Shown piece after piece: positions 22,437 to 36,635 of a DNA stretch of 64,000 nt. This DNA comes from an uncultured delta proteobacterium. GTDB taxonomy: Bacteria > Myxococcota_A > Polyangia > Palsa-1104. The notes beneath the pieces are model-generated. The model was not told where the DNA came from. It did not search any database and saw only the letters and a list, made by a program, of their open reading frames with translations. Where the stretch lies: NCBI GenBank assembly GCA_963785725.1, contig CAWAWS010000013.1:1-64000 (forward strand), read 5' to 3'. The number at the start of each line of letters is the position of its first letter. Positions within the stretch are counted from its first letter, which is position 1. The translations under genes and the position numbers were made by a program.

Positions 22437-24104
22437 TCACGGGCACGACGCGGTGATCGTCAACGTGAACTGCTTGAGCTCGCCCGGCTTGTCGCCTTCC
22501 TTCTTCTCGCCCGAAGGTGGCGCCGTCACCGACGAGATCTTGCCCGTCTCGATGGACTCGAAGCATTCGATCTTCTTCAGCTCGGCCACGAGGTCGTCGA
22601 CCTGCGCCGCCGTCTCCGCCGTGCCTTTGATGTACGTCTTCTTGGGCTTGATATCGAGCTCGGTGATGTCGAGCTTCGTCTTGTCCGGCGCCGGCACGTG
22701 ATGCGAAATGTCGTCGAGCAAGTCGTACGCGGTCGTCGTCGGCACCGGCGGCGCGCCGCCTTTGACGCCGCCCGAGTGCAGCTCCTCGGACACCGCTTTG
22801 CCGTCGAGCATCTCGTGGCCGAAGAGCTCGGTGGTCTGCTTGCGCAGCCGCGCCTCCAGCGTCTCCGACTCCTTGCGCAGGCCGCGCAGCGACGCCGCGG
22901 CGTTGATCGCCGAGAAGGCCAAGATCGCCAGCACCGAGGCCACGAGATAGCCCGCTTTGCCGCGTAAATAGGAGTAGTCGGTGCGATAGGCGAGGTCCGA
23001 CTTGCGCAGGTTGACCTGCGGCACCGGCGCGGCGGCGGCGAGCGCCAGGCCGAGCGCCTGCGCCGGCAGCGCGGCCGCGGTGTGCGGCTCGCCGGCGCGC
23101 GTGGCCTCGGCGACGGCGGGCGCGAGGAACGGATCGTCGGCGGCGAGCCGCAACGACGACGCCGGAATGCCGAGCTCGGCCTCGACGTGCTCGACGAAGC
23201 CGTCGAGCCGCGCGGCGCCGCCGGTGACGAGCACGCGATCGGGCCCTTGCTCGCCGGCCGCGCGATAGGCGGCGATGGTCTGCTTGAGCTCGCGCATCAG
23301 CGGCCGCAGCGCCGCGCGCACCAGGCCGTCGACGCGCTGATGCGCCGGCGAGGCGAACGCGACACCGGGCGCGCCGATGAACGCTTGCTCGTGCTTGGCC
23401 GTCTCGGCGTCGGCCTCGGACATGCGGAAGGCGTCGGCCAGCTCTTGGGTGACATCTTGGCCGCCGCGCGGAATCGAGCGCGCGAACAGGACCGTCGTGC
23501 CGCGAACGACGCAGACGTGGGTCAGCCGATGGCCGAAGTCGACGAGCGCCTGCGTCTGCAGGTCGCTGCCGTCGGGGCTGGCGGCGAAGGCGTGGCCGCG
23601 CAAGGCGGCGTACGACAGCGCGGCGGCGCCGACGACGCGCGGCTCGGCGCCGACGGCGGCCAGCGCCTCCACCTGCGCGCGCACGGCGTCGCGCGGCGCG
23701 GCGACGGCGATGACGTTGGTGCTGGTGGTGCCGCCCTCGCCCGCTTTGGTGGTCGAGATGACGCTGTCGTAGACCAGGCCCTCGAGCTCGCCGAGGATCA
23801 CCGACTCCAGCTCGTAGCCGAGCACCTGCTCGATCTTCTTCGGATCCGAGAACGGCATCGTCAAAAGGCGCAGCGTCGCTTCGCCACCGAGCGCAGACGC
23901 GAACATCTCGGCGTGCAGCCCTTCGGCCTGGATCAGCTCGCGGACGGTGCGCGCGGCGCGGGCGAGCTCGGTCTCGCCTTCGAGCGGCTCGGCCAAGCGC
24001 CGTTCGTAGAGGCCGGTCAGCTGCGACTGACGAAAGCCGGCCGACAGCTCGACGAGCTTGACCGACCACGAGCCGAGATCGATGCCCAAGATCTTGTGTG
24101 CCAT
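22437..24104 (-). CDS. gspL: Type II secretion protein GspL (PilM-like actin-fold domain, TM, PilN-like domain)
   Basis: GIDLGSWSVK, VDFGH, GGQDVT, VTGGAARL, VNLRK, followed by a TM and periplasmic domain; lies between gspK and gspM. Confidence 0.85.
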   Translation of the reverse strand: MAHKILGIDLGSWSVKLVELSAGFRQSQLTGLYERRLAEPLEGETELARAARTVRELIQAEGLHAEMFASALGGEATLRLLTMPFSDPKKIEQVLGYELESVILGELEGLVYDSVISTTKAGEGGTTSTNVIAVAAPRDAVRAQVEALAAVGAEPRVVGAAALSYAALRGHAFAASPDGSDLQTQALVDFGHRLTHVCVVRGTTVLFARSIPRGGQDVTQELADAFRMSEADAETAKHEQAFIGAPGVAFASPAHQRVDGLVRAALRPLMRELKQTIAAYRAAGEQGPDRVLVTGGAARLDGFVEHVEAELGIPASSLRLAADDPFLAPAVAEATRAGEPHTAAALPAQALGLALAAAAPVPQVNLRKSDLAYRTDYSYLRGKAGYLVASVLAILAFSAINAAASLRGLRKESETLEARLRKQTTELFGHEMLDGKAVSEELHSGGVKGGAPPVPTTTAYDLLDDISHHVPAPDKTKLDITELDIKPKKTYIKGTAETAAQVDDLVAELKKIECFESIETGKISSVTAPPSGEKKEGDKPGELKQFTLTITASCP

Positions 24105-24105
24105 G

Positions 24106-25473
24106 TCAGTCCTGCCGCCAGTAGAGCCAAGTACCTTTTAGATCGTTGGGATCGACGCTGGTCGTGTTCTGGTTCACGTGCTCGGTGTCCCAGATTCCGC
24201 GGATGTGCACTTGGATCTTCTTTTCGCGCGTGCGTTGAATGGTGCCCACCGAGTCGAGCCGATAGACGCGGCGCGCGCCCATCGTCATCACCTGCTTGGC
24301 CTTGGTGCTGTCGAGCTGAATGCCGAGCAGGCCCGACGACGAGCTCGACGAGGACGAGGACGTCGAGCTGCCGCCCATCATCGACGAGATCGCCGACTCG
24401 GGATCGTTGATGAACTTGATGAAGGTGTCGATGTCCTTGACGAGCGCGCCGCCGGTCATCGACATGAGGCCCAAGATCCGCTGCGACAGCGCCGCCACTT
24501 GCACGTCGTCGAGCAAGATCTGGCTCGTCGGATCTTTGGCCGAATAACGGATGATCGCGGCCAAAATCGGCCACTTCTCCGCGGGAACGGCGCCGATGTT
24601 GACCTTGCAGCCGCCGTAAACGGTGAACAGCTCGCCGAAGCTCGACCACAAGGCGTCGCCGACGCCGCGCACGAGGTTGACCTCTTCGAGCGTGTCGTAG
24701 AAGTTGTTGCGCGCGCGATAAGGGTCGCGAGTGCCGTCGTAGTTGTAGGTCTCGCCGCCGCCGCCGGACGTCGACGGCGTCGTCTGGCCGGGCGTCGTCA
24801 CCGTCGGCATGAAGCCCTGCTCGTCGACGTCGGTCCAGTCGATGATGGCGCGCGCCGTCTCGTCACGCGTGGCGATCTGGCCGTCGCTGTCGGGCCAGCC
24901 GAACAGCCGCCAGGGCGGGTTGTCGTAGCGCGGCGGCCAAAAGAGCGCGGCCAAGAGCCCATACAGCGCCTGCGCCGACTGCGCGTTGGGGTTGAGCCCG
25001 CCGCCGCAGTTGAGGTTGATGCGGCCGTCGTCGGAGGCCATGGTGACGTCGAAGGTCGCGCCTTTGCCGACGCCGAGGCCCTTCATCTGCGACACGTCGA
25101 AGCCGAGCAAGGCGCCGAGGCCGGCGCGCTCGTCCGATTCGCCGCCGAACGCCTTCATGAGGTAGGGCGCGAAGTCGGCGATCTGCATGTCACCGATGTA
25201 CTGGCGGTTCACGTCGAGCACCGATTGTTGCACTTTGATCAACAGTCGCGACAGCTGCATGCCCGAGCGCGCCAGATATTCCGCGCGCAAGGTGTCGCGC
25301 GCGTTGGCCGCCGCCTCCAGGTCGACGCGCGCGTTGAACGAGAAGTCACCGACGACGGCGCCGAGCACGGCCAGCGTCACGGTCACGACGATGAGCGCCA
25401 TGCCCGCTTGCCGATTGCGGCGCGGGCCGACCGGCCGCCGCAGGCGCTGCCAGAGGTCACGCAGGCGGCTCAA
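24106..25473 (-). CDS. gspK: Minor pseudopilin GspK
   Basis: AG|MALIVV, AEYLARSG, DGRINLN, IIDWTD.D, EEVNLVRGV, KVNI; TTGA overlap with gspJ. Confidence 0.88.
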   Translation of the reverse strand: MSRLRDLWQRLRRPVGPRRNRQAGMALIVVTVTLAVLGAVVGDFSFNARVDLEAAANARDTLRAEYLARSGMQLSRLLIKVQQSVLDVNRQYIGDMQIADFAPYLMKAFGGESDERAGLGALLGFDVSQMKGLGVGKGATFDVTMASDDGRINLNCGGGLNPNAQSAQALYGLLAALFWPPRYDNPPWRLFGWPDSDGQIATRDETARAIIDWTDVDEQGFMPTVTTPGQTTPSTSGGGGETYNYDGTRDPYRARNNFYDTLEEVNLVRGVGDALWSSFGELFTVYGGCKVNIGAVPAEKWPILAAIIRYSAKDPTSQILLDDVQVAALSQRILGLMSMTGGALVKDIDTFIKFINDPESAISSMMGGSSTSSSSSSSSSGLLGIQLDSTKAKQVMTMGARRVYRLDSVGTIQRTREKKIQVHIRGIWDTEHVNQNTTSVDPNDLKGTWLYWRQD

Positions 25474-26306
25474 TGGCCCACCGTCGCGCTCGAGCCGAGC
25501 GGGCTCGTCGTGACGCCCGCGGCTGCCGTGCCGCCACCGCCGGCGCTGCCGGTGCCACCGCCGGTGCCGCCGCCGCCGGCGACGCCGGGCAGCTGACCGA
25601 CGGGCGTGGCGACGAGATCGCGCGGCTGATTGTTCAGCGGCTCCGTCATCGCGATGCGCACCTCGGTCTGGAACGGCACCTCTTTGCCGCGCTCGTCGCG
25701 CACCGTCAGCGTGATCTTGATCTTCGCCGGCAAGCGATCGGGTTGACCGTCGGCGGACGTCGTCGTCCACTCCTCGAGCCACGTCTTCTTGAGCGCGTCG
25801 TAGTAATCGAGCTTCAGCTTGACGACGTCGTCGCACACGATGTCGGCTTCGCCGGCCTGCTCGTCGATCTTGTAGTTCGACAGCCGGCGCGTCTCGCGGC
25901 GCATGAGGTTGGTCTTGCGCGAGTCGTCGCGATCGCGCGCCGCATAGTAGGAGACGAGCGCCGTGTCGCACTCGTTGGCGTCCTGATAGAGCCGCTGATG
26001 GCCGAAGTAGGAGAACGTCACCTCGTCGATGTCGCCGTGGCGCTTGCCGAAGAGGCGCGTGCGCCGCTCGGCCTGCGACGTGTCCTCGTCTTGCGAGACG
26101 TAGACCATCGACAGCTCGCGCGCCAGCCGCTCGAGGCCGAGGCGCACCGTGCGATAGCGACCGGCCTGCGCTTCGATCTGCGCCTTGGTGTTGAACGTGC
26201 CCTTGAACGAGCCCCACGTCAGCGTCGTCACCAGCGCCAAGATCGCCACCGCGACCATGACCTCGATCAGCGTAAAGCCGCGCGTGATCGTCGACGGGCG
26301 ACGCAT
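25470..26306 (-). CDS. gspJ: Minor pseudopilin GspJ
   Basis: RG|FTLIEVMVAVAI, RLARELS, W..EW, LPAKIKITL; TAATG overlap with gspI. Confidence 0.85.
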   Translation of the reverse strand: MRRPSTITRGFTLIEVMVAVAILALVTTLTWGSFKGTFNTKAQIEAQAGRYRTVRLGLERLARELSMVYVSQDEDTSQAERRTRLFGKRHGDIDEVTFSYFGHQRLYQDANECDTALVSYYAARDRDDSRKTNLMRRETRRLSNYKIDEQAGEADIVCDDVVKLKLDYYDALKKTWLEEWTTTSADGQPDRLPAKIKITLTVRDERGKEVPFQTEVRIAMTEPLNNQPRDLVATPVGQLPGVAGGGGTGGGTGSAGGGGTAAAGVTTSPLGSSATVGH

Positions 26307-27052
26307 TAGTGCGTGCCTCCGCCGGCTGAGCCCGAGCCGCCGGCCGTGCCCGAGCCGCCGGCCGTGCCACCGCCGCCGGCTTTGCCGCTGGCGGCCGCGG
26401 CGCTGATCTGAATCGCCTGATCGACGCGGCGCACGTCGGTGTAATAGGCCATCAGCTCGACCTGCTGCGGCGTCTTGCCTTCGTACCAAATGACGTCGAC
26501 GGTCACGCGCCGCAGCGCCTGCTCGAGCACGTCTTTGATGACGCCGAACTGCTGCGACAACGCGCCCGCGCTCGCCGACAGCGGATTGCCACCGTTGGCG
26601 CTGCTCGGGTCGCCGCCGGCGCCGCCGAGCAGGCCGCCGAGCGGCGACGACAGGCCGCCGGCCGTCTGCGTCGACGGATCGGTCGTGCCGCCGAGCTGCT
26701 GCTTGGCCTGCTGCGCGTTGGTCAGCACCGTCTGCAGCTGCGACGCCGACGGCAGCTCGACCTTGTCGACGACCACCTTCCACGTGAAGCGCGCGAAGCC
26801 TTTGTCCTCGAAGTTGCCCGAGGAGTCCTTCTCGAACTCGCCGAAGCCTTTGTCGTACAGCTGATCTTCGAGATCGATCATCTCTTGGCGCGCCAAGAAC
26901 GTCGCCGTCGTCATCAGCTTGGCGTGGTTCTCGGCCTTGATGTTGCGCGAGATGCCGACGATGAGCCAGACCAAGCCGCCCGACAAGATGCCCATGGCGA
27001 TCATGATCTCGAGCAGCGTAAAGCCGCGCGTTCTGCCTCTGCGCGTGCTCAA
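26306..27052 (-). CDS. gspI: Minor pseudopilin GspI
   Basis: RG|FTLLEIMIAMGI, ATFLAR, LRRVTVDVIW; position in the operon. Confidence 0.8.
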   Translation of the reverse strand: MSTRRGRTRGFTLLEIMIAMGILSGGLVWLIVGISRNIKAENHAKLMTTATFLARQEMIDLEDQLYDKGFGEFEKDSSGNFEDKGFARFTWKVVVDKVELPSASQLQTVLTNAQQAKQQLGGTTDPSTQTAGGLSSPLGGLLGGAGGDPSSANGGNPLSASAGALSQQFGVIKDVLEQALRRVTVDVIWYEGKTPQQVELMAYYTDVRRVDQAIQISAAAASGKAGGGGTAGGSGTAGGSGSAGGGTH

Positions 27053-27783
27053 CGCGGCACCACGGCTTTGTTTTCGTCGTCGGTGGCGCCGAACTCCGAG
27101 GCCTTGACCTCGGCCTTGTACGCCAGCACTTCGACGCGGCCGGTGAGCGGATGGACGACGAGCGAATACCAGGCGTCGTCGTCGGCCAGACGCACGATGG
27201 CGTTCTCGGTGTGGCCGTCGGGGAAGAAGTACAAATAGGCGCGGCCCTTCGAATACGGCTCGCGCTGCCGCGGCGTCAGCACGTCCATGAGGTGCGCGCG
27301 CTTGAGCTTGACCTGCGGCACCGTCGCGTCCTTGAACGTCTGGAACTTGGCGCGCTTCGGCCTGGGCGGCGGATCGATCGTGGCCGCGGCGCCGCCTTGC
27401 AAGGCCAAGAGGTCGTCGTACTTCTTTTCCTCTTCGAGCTTCTTGGCCTCGTCGGCGGCTTCGTCGAAGGCTTGGCCTTTGCCGGGCGATTCCTCTTTGG
27501 CGCGTGTCAAATACATGCGGTCGTCGGAGCGCTCGGCCCAGTATTTGTTGTCGTCGAGGTCGATGACGAGGCGGTAGTACGAGCCGGTGGTGACGGAGCG
27601 GTCGAAGCAGTAGCGAATGGCGCCGGCGAGCTTGGACGCGCTCGCGCGCAGCTCACTCTTGGCGATCGAACGAAAGCCATACACCGCGCCGCTCATGGCG
27701 ATCCCGATGATGGCGACGACCACCAGGATCTCGATGAGCGTCATGCCCCGGCTGGCGGGGCGTCGGTGTAACCGCTTCGACAT
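27049..27783 (-). CDS. gspH: Minor pseudopilin GspH
   Basis: RG|MTLIEILVVVAII, YFFPDG, VHPLTGRV. Confidence 0.82.
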   Translation of the reverse strand: MSKRLHRRPASRGMTLIEILVVVAIIGIAMSGAVYGFRSIAKSELRASASKLAGAIRYCFDRSVTTGSYYRLVIDLDDNKYWAERSDDRMYLTRAKEESPGKGQAFDEAADEAKKLEEEKKYDDLLALQGGAAATIDPPPRPKRAKFQTFKDATVPQVKLKRAHLMDVLTPRQREPYSKGRAYLYFFPDGHTENAIVRLADDDAWYSLVVHPLTGRVEVLAYKAEVKASEFGATDDENKAVVPR

Positions 27784-27792
27784 TGGGTGCGA

Positions 27793-28212
27793 TCACAGCT
27801 CCCAGGACTTGATGTCGTCGGCGGTGCCTTCGGTCTTGTCCTTGCCCTTCGAGACGATGTCGGCGCCGTCGGTGTTGTGCTGGCCCGGGCACTGGAAGAT
27901 GAGCGGCTGACCCCAATCGTCGACGACTTTGTGGTTCAGGTACTTCTGCGTCACCAGCTCATCGAGCGACTTCGGGCAGCCGTCGGTGTTGTCGGTCGCG
28001 TAATGAACCAGCGCCTCTTGCACCGTGTGGATGATGACCCTGGTGTTCTTGACCTTGGCCTTCTCGAACTGGCTCAAGGCGCCGACGGCGACCGAGCCCA
28101 TGATCATGCCGATGATGGCCACGACGACCATGATCTCGACGAGGGTCATACCGCGCGTGCGACGCTGAGCCTTTTTCCGATTCCACCTACGGTCCATGTT
28201 CATCTCCTTCAC
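27793..28212 (-). CDS. gspG: Major pseudopilin GspG
   Basis: RG|MTLVEIMVVVAII, DDWGQP, DIVSKGKD...GTADDIKSW. Confidence 0.9.
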   Translation of the reverse strand: MKEMNMDRRWNRKKAQRRTRGMTLVEIMVVVAIIGMIMGSVAVGALSQFEKAKVKNTRVIIHTVQEALVHYATDNTDGCPKSLDELVTQKYLNHKVVDDWGQPLIFQCPGQHNTDGADIVSKGKDKTEGTADDIKSWEL

Positions 28213-29493
<1,281 letters not shown>

Positions 29494-29520
29494 ATATCCG
29501 TTTCTTATTACGCTCGCACG

Positions 29521-31332
<1,812 letters not shown>

Positions 31333-31376
31333 GCCGTCCTCCCCTTGCCGTCGAGCCGTGCCATCGATTGTCGGGC

Positions 31377-33864
31377 TTACGGATTATTCGTCGGTCGCTC
31401 TTCGATCATGACCGGCGGCGGCGGCGGCGGTGCCGGCCGCGGCGCCTGCGCCGGCTCGATCTCGACCGCGCCGTTGAAGTCGCGACCCATCGTCGCCTCG
31501 GCCGCGCGCAGATCCGACGCCTCTTCTTCCGCTTCGTGCGCCGTGCGGTTGATCTCCTCGAGGAGCCCGCGCTTGCGGCGATAGTCGACCTGCGCCTCGT
31601 AGTCGTGATCGTCGTGGAACGCCGAGTAGCGCTCCATGAACTCGCGCCGCTCACGAATCTTGCGCTCGAAAATGCGACGCAAGTCCGCCGGCTCGGTGAC
31701 GATGTACGGCGTCAGCACGATCAACAGGTTCTGCTTCGAGATCGTCTTGGTCGTGCTCTTGAAGAGATAGCCCAGGATCGGGATATCACCGAGCAGCGGC
31801 ACCTTGTTCACTGTATCTGACACGGAATCTTTGATGAGGCCGCCCAAAACGATGCTCTGCTGATCGTGCACGGTGACGACCGACTTGATCGTGCGCTTCG
31901 ACGTCGCCGGTCCGAGGCCGTTGAAGTTCGGGTTGGAGACGTCCGACAGCTCGTTGTCGATCTCGAGGCGCACGAAGTCGTTGCCGCTGACGTGCGGCGT
32001 GATCTCCATCTTGAGCGCGACGTCCTGACGCTGGACCGACGTGCCGAGGCCGAACGTGGCGCCGGTCGTGCCGGTGGTCGCCGACGACGGGAAGCCGCCG
32101 AGCGAGCCGGGGAACGGCAAGTTCTGACCGACCGAGATCGTCGCCTTCTCGTTGTCGGTCGTCAGGATGTGCGGCATCGACACGACGTTGACGTCGCTGT
32201 TGGTCTGCAAGGCCTGCACGAACACGCCGAAGCTCGGGATCGACGTGCCCGGCGGCAAGCCGAGGATCGTCGACGCGCCCGGGATCGGCGGGCCGCGCAA
32301 GCCGGCCGCGAGTCCCGACAGCGCGGCGGGCGAGAACAAGATCGAGTTGACGCTCGACGAAGGCTCGGAGCCGCCGAACAGCAGCGACTGATTGCTGCCG
32401 CCGCCGACCGTCGAGCCGCCGTGCCACGCGGTGCCGAGGTTGCGCGTCTTGTCGACCGAGATCTCGAGGATGGTCGCCTCGACGAACACTTGATGGCGCG
32501 GCTTATCGAGCTTCTTGATGAGCTCGCGCACCGTGATGTAGTCGCGCCCCGAGGCCAAGACGACGAGCGAGTTGGTCGGCTTGTCGGACGCGATGCGCAC
32601 GTCGCCTTCGAACAGCGCCGTCTTGCCGCCCGGCGTCGCGCCGCCCGAGGTCGGCGTCGGCGTCGGCGCCGCGGGACGGCCGGCGGTCGACGTCGAGCCG
32701 CCGGTCGAGCCCGAGCGGCTGACGCCGGCGCCGAGCCCGCCGAGCGTGCCGGCGACGTCGTCGGCGTTGGCGTTCTCCAGCTGAATGACGTGCACCAAAT
32801 CGGTCGACGCATCGCCGCGCAGCGACTGCATGTCGAGCCGCTTCACCAGCGCCAAGATGCGCTGGTAGGCCTTCTCCGTCGAGACGATGACGAGCATGTT
32901 CTGCCGATCGTCGGGGATGATCTGCGACACCGACGAGATCGGCGCCCGGCGGACCGCGCTCGGCGCCCGCCGCCGCGTTCGCCGCCGCCGCTTGCGCGCC
33001 GTTGGGCGGCGTCGCCGATAAGTTCGGCCCGCGACGACCGCCCGCCGGCGCCTTCTCGCCCGACTTGGAGACGCTGAAGATCGTCGAGAGCATGTTGGCC
33101 ATGTCGCTGGCCGAGACTTGGTGCAGCTTGATGACCCAAATCTTCTCGCCGCCCATCGGCACGTCGAGCTGCTGGACGACGTCTTCCATGCGCTTGATGT
33201 TCGAGCCGAGGTCGGTGATGACGAGCGTGTTCGTCGGCGCGTAGCTGGTGATGTCGCCGTCGCGGCTCTTCAAGCGATCGAGCACGACCTTCACTTCGTC
33301 GGGGCTGACGTGCTCGAGGCGCAGAAGGCGCGTGACGAACTGATCCTCGGGCGGCGGCGAGCCGTCCCCGCCGTAGGTCGGAATCGCGCTCTCACGCGCG
33401 CGGTTGGTCTCGATGATCTTCAGGACCTTGCCTTCGGGCTGCACCGTCAAACCCATCGTCTCCAGCGACGACAGGAACATGCGATAGACTTCCGGCGCCG
33501 TCACCGTATCGGGCGCGATGATGGTGACCTTGGACTGCCGGATCGAGCCCGGCACGATCATCGGCCGGCACATCATGGGCGCGATCGAGTTGAGCAGCGC
33601 CATCAAGTCGACTTCGCCGCGCAGCTCCCACTTGAACTTCTTGCCCGGCGGATACTTGTGGCACTCCTTGAGCGCCTCTTGCTCGCCCGGCAACAGCGGC
33701 GACGCGGTGCTGGGCGTCGACGGCGCTGCGGCGGGCGGGCTCGCGGCCGATCCACCGGCGCGCGTCACCGTCGGCGGCGTGGCTGTGCGCACCTGCGCAA
33801 AGACCGGCGTCGCCAGCAGCAAGACCATCGAAATCGAAGCCAATCGTGTCAAATTCGTCCTCAT
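31377..33864 (-). CDS. gspD: Outer-membrane secretin GspD; apparent frameshift near 32937
   Basis: Signal peptide, N0-N3 domains (TNTLVITD, TNSLVV), QVFVEATILE, KVPLLGDIPILGYLFK, NLLIVLTPYIV. Confidence 0.93.
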
Positions 33865-33902
33865 CGGAAGCGGATAATCGAGCGTTTGTAAGCGCGCGCG
33901 GG

Positions 33903-34829
33903 TCATTGAATCGTGTAGTCGAGCGGCACGGTCTCGCCGCGCCGGTCGACCGTGACCGACAGGTGGCTCGCGTTGCGCAGCTTCGTATACAACGCCAAGG
34001 CCGCGTCCGGCGTGGTCATGTCGCTGCCGTTGATCGCCTTGATGGTGTCGCCGTTCTGCAAGCCGATGCGGCCGAAGATGGACTGCGGACGAATGGCGTA
34101 GAGCTTGAACCCGTTGGGCTTGCCGTCCTTGATCGACGGGACGAAGCGCGCCGACGTCGCCAGCGCCGCCGTGTTCGAGAGCAGCTTGTCGACGACCTCG
34201 CGCTTGATGACGCACTTGGTGCCGCCGGTGCAGTTGATGCCGTTCTCGGGAATGTCACCGTTGCCCGGCTCGATCGTCGGCGCTTGCGCGATGGGAGCAT
34301 TCGGCGTCGGCGGCGCGGCGTTGGCATCGAGGTCGACATACTCGCGCTTGCCGGCGTTGAGCAAGTAAACGCGCTTCGGCAGCACTTTTTCGACGGTGGC
34401 GCCGGTCGTCCCGATGGTCATGCCCTTGCTGAACATCTCGGGATCTTTCTCTTTCGTCGTCAGATCGCGCATGACGGCCATCGACCACGTGTCGCTGTTG
34501 GACACGTACATCGTCGACACCAGCTCGATCTGCAGCGACGTCTTCACCCAATCGTTCGAGATCGGCCCGTCGATCTTGTTCTCGGGCGGCTTGATGGGGG
34601 CGCAGCCGGAGCAAAAGATGTCGCGCTGGGTAATCGTCTCGCCGTCTTTGCCGTGCACTTTTTGCTGCGGCTGGATGATCGGATGGCGGTTCATCGGCTG
34701 CTTGACGTCGTCCCCGGCGAGATAGGCGCTCTCCACGAGATGACCCGCGGCACGGCCGGCGAACCCGGCGCAGATGCCGATCACCATCAGATTCACGACC
34801 CAGAAATACTTTTTGAGGATGGTCTCCAT
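33903..34829 (-). CDS. gspC: Type II secretion protein GspC with C-terminal PDZ
   Basis: N-terminal TM, RDIF, ARFVP..KDGK..GFKLYAIRP.S, IGLQNGD.I..ING. Confidence 0.9.
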   Translation of the reverse strand: METILKKYFWVVNLMVIGICAGFAGRAAGHLVESAYLAGDDVKQPMNRHPIIQPQQKVHGKDGETITQRDIFCSGCAPIKPPENKIDGPISNDWVKTSLQIELVSTMYVSNSDTWSMAVMRDLTTKEKDPEMFSKGMTIGTTGATVEKVLPKRVYLLNAGKREYVDLDANAAPPTPNAPIAQAPTIEPGNGDIPENGINCTGGTKCVIKREVVDKLLSNTAALATSARFVPSIKDGKPNGFKLYAIRPQSIFGRIGLQNGDTIKAINGSDMTTPDAALALYTKLRNASHLSVTVDRRGETVPLDYTIQ

Positions 34830-34864
34830 GACTCACGCGGACCGTCGGCCGCAGGCGCTCGACA

Positions 34865-34943
34865 ATCAGCTTCCATGCCAGAGGTTTGTGCTAGGTTTCG
34901 CTTACTTACCGAGGGCCGAGAACGATTCCATTGCCAAATTGTC
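34865..34943 (-). promoter_or_regulatory. Candidate sigma-54 promoter of gspC with upstream enhancer-like site
   Basis: Minus strand CTGGCATGGAAGCTGAT (good -24; GA instead of GC at -12); GACA-att-TGGC at 34933-34943, centred near -84. Confidence 0.45.
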
Positions 34944-36356
34944 AGCATCCGACGCGCGCTGCGGATCATTTGACTCGACCGCATGGTCGCCGCCCGAAGC
35001 CGACTCGGGATCTTCGAGCTTGCGGTAGATGGTGCGGGTGGCGATTCCGAGCAGCTGCGCCGCCAGCCGCTTGTCGCCTTTGGTGTGCCGCAAGGTCTCG
35101 TGGATGACGCGCATCTCGATGTCGGCCAGCGGCGTCCCGATCTCGAACGTCAAGGCGCGGCCCGAGCCGGCCGCGACGGGCGGCGCGCCGCGCACCTCGC
35201 GCGGCAGGTCGTCGATGTCGATGACGCTGGCCTTCGACAAGACGACCGCGCGCTCGATGGCGTTCTCCAGCTCGCGGACGTTGCCCGGCCAGTCGTACTC
35301 GATGAGCACGTCGAGCGCCGCGCGCGTGCAGCCGGTGAGCGACTTGCCGTTCTTCTCGCGAAAGCGCGTCAAAAAGTAGTCGACCAAGAGCGGCACGTCG
35401 TCACGACGATCGCGCAGCGGCGGCACATTGAGCGCGATCACGTTCAAGCGATAGTAGAGATCCTCGCGAAAGGTGCCTTCGGCGACGGCGCGGCGCAGAT
35501 CTTTGTTGGTCGCGGCGACGAGGCGGATGTCGATCTTCTGCGACTTGCCGCCGAGCCGCTCGATCTCGCCCTCTTGCAAGACGCGCAGGAGCTTGACCTG
35601 CACGCTGAGCGGGATCTCGCCGATCTCGTCGAGGAAGAGCGTGCCGCCGTCGGCGAGCGTGAAGCGGCCGTCGCGGCGCGCGACCGCGCCGGTGAACGCG
35701 CCTTTTTCGTAGCCGAACAGCTCGGCCTCGAGGATGCCTTCGGGGATGGCGGCGCAATTGACCGGGATGAAGGCGCGGCCGGCGCGTGGCGACGACTCGT
35801 GAATCTGCCGCGCCAAGAGCTCCTTGCCGGTGCCCGATTCGCCGAGCAAGAGCACCGTCGCCACCGACGGCGCCGCCTGCTGCACGACCTCGAGCGTGCG
35901 CCGCATCGCCAGCGACTGCCCGACGATAGGCCGGCGCCGCGTCGCTTCGAGCTGCGCCTTCAGCGTCTTGTTCTCGACGATGAGCGACTGCTTCTCGAGC
36001 GCCTTCGACACGACGCGCACGACATGCGCGCGCTTGAGCGGCTTGGTGATGAAGTCGTAGGCGCCTTCGCGCATCGCCTCGACCGCGGCCTCGACCGTGC
36101 CGTAAGCCGTCATCACCACCGTCTCGGTGTCGGCCGACAGCTGCTTGACCGCCTTCAGCAGATCGACGCCGCTGATGCCCGGCATCATCAAATCGGTGAG
36201 CACGACATCGACGCGGCGCTTGCGCACCACTTCGAGCGCGTCCTTGCCGTCCTTGGCCGTGAGCACCGTCAGCCCTTCGCGCGCGAAGATGCGCTCGAGC
36301 GACTCCAGGTTCGAGGCTTCGTCGTCGACCACCAGCAGCGTCGGCTCACCGTTCAT
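34902..36356 (-). CDS. NtrC-family sigma-54 response regulator (REC-AAA-HTH)
   Basis: [39 protein letters not shown], Fis HTH. Confidence 0.95.
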   Translation of the reverse strand: MNGEPTLLVVDDEASNLESLERIFAREGLTVLTAKDGKDALEVVRKRRVDVVLTDLMMPGISGVDLLKAVKQLSADTETVVMTAYGTVEAAVEAMREGAYDFITKPLKRAHVVRVVSKALEKQSLIVENKTLKAQLEATRRRPIVGQSLAMRRTLEVVQQAAPSVATVLLLGESGTGKELLARQIHESSPRAGRAFIPVNCAAIPEGILEAELFGYEKGAFTGAVARRDGRFTLADGGTLFLDEIGEIPLSVQVKLLRVLQEGEIERLGGKSQKIDIRLVAATNKDLRRAVAEGTFREDLYYRLNVIALNVPPLRDRRDDVPLLVDYFLTRFREKNGKSLTGCTRAALDVLIEYDWPGNVRELENAIERAVVLSKASVIDIDDLPREVRGAPPVAAGSGRALTFEIGTPLADIEMRVIHETLRHTKGDKRLAAQLLGIATRTIYRKLEDPESASGGDHAVESNDPQRASDADNLAMESFSALGK

Positions 36357-36423
36357 GGACGAGCCTCCATTGCGTCAACCGGGCCAGCCCCGCCAACTTC
36401 AATTGTTTCAGCCACTTCGCGAA

Positions 36424-36524
36424 TTGACACGATGTCAAGCTTGGCCGAGGCGCGACATTTTGGCAAGGAAGCGAGCGCCAGCTGGCAGATTTGTCGCGCC
36501 GCGAGCCGGCTTTGTCAGGATGTC
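36424..36524. promoter_or_regulatory. Array of four GNCA-N3/4-TG(T/G)C palindromic sites at about 30-bp spacing
   Basis: GACAcgaTGTC 36426, GACAtttTGGC 36454, GGCAgattTGTC 36484, GTCAggaTGTC 36514, in the divergent intergenic region. Confidence 0.55.
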
Positions 36525-36635
36525 GCCGTCTGTGCGGCTGACGGCGCCGTCGAAAACTCCACGCCGCGCCCGCGCCAAGTGTGCGATCGCACGTGTAGAC
36601 GGCGCTGGCGAAGCGGGTGCAGAGTGAAAGAGGGC

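Noticed and set aside
26331..26366. 18-bp tandem duplication in the gspI 3' end
   Set aside because: Only encodes a Gly/Ser/Thr tail; no sign of separate function.
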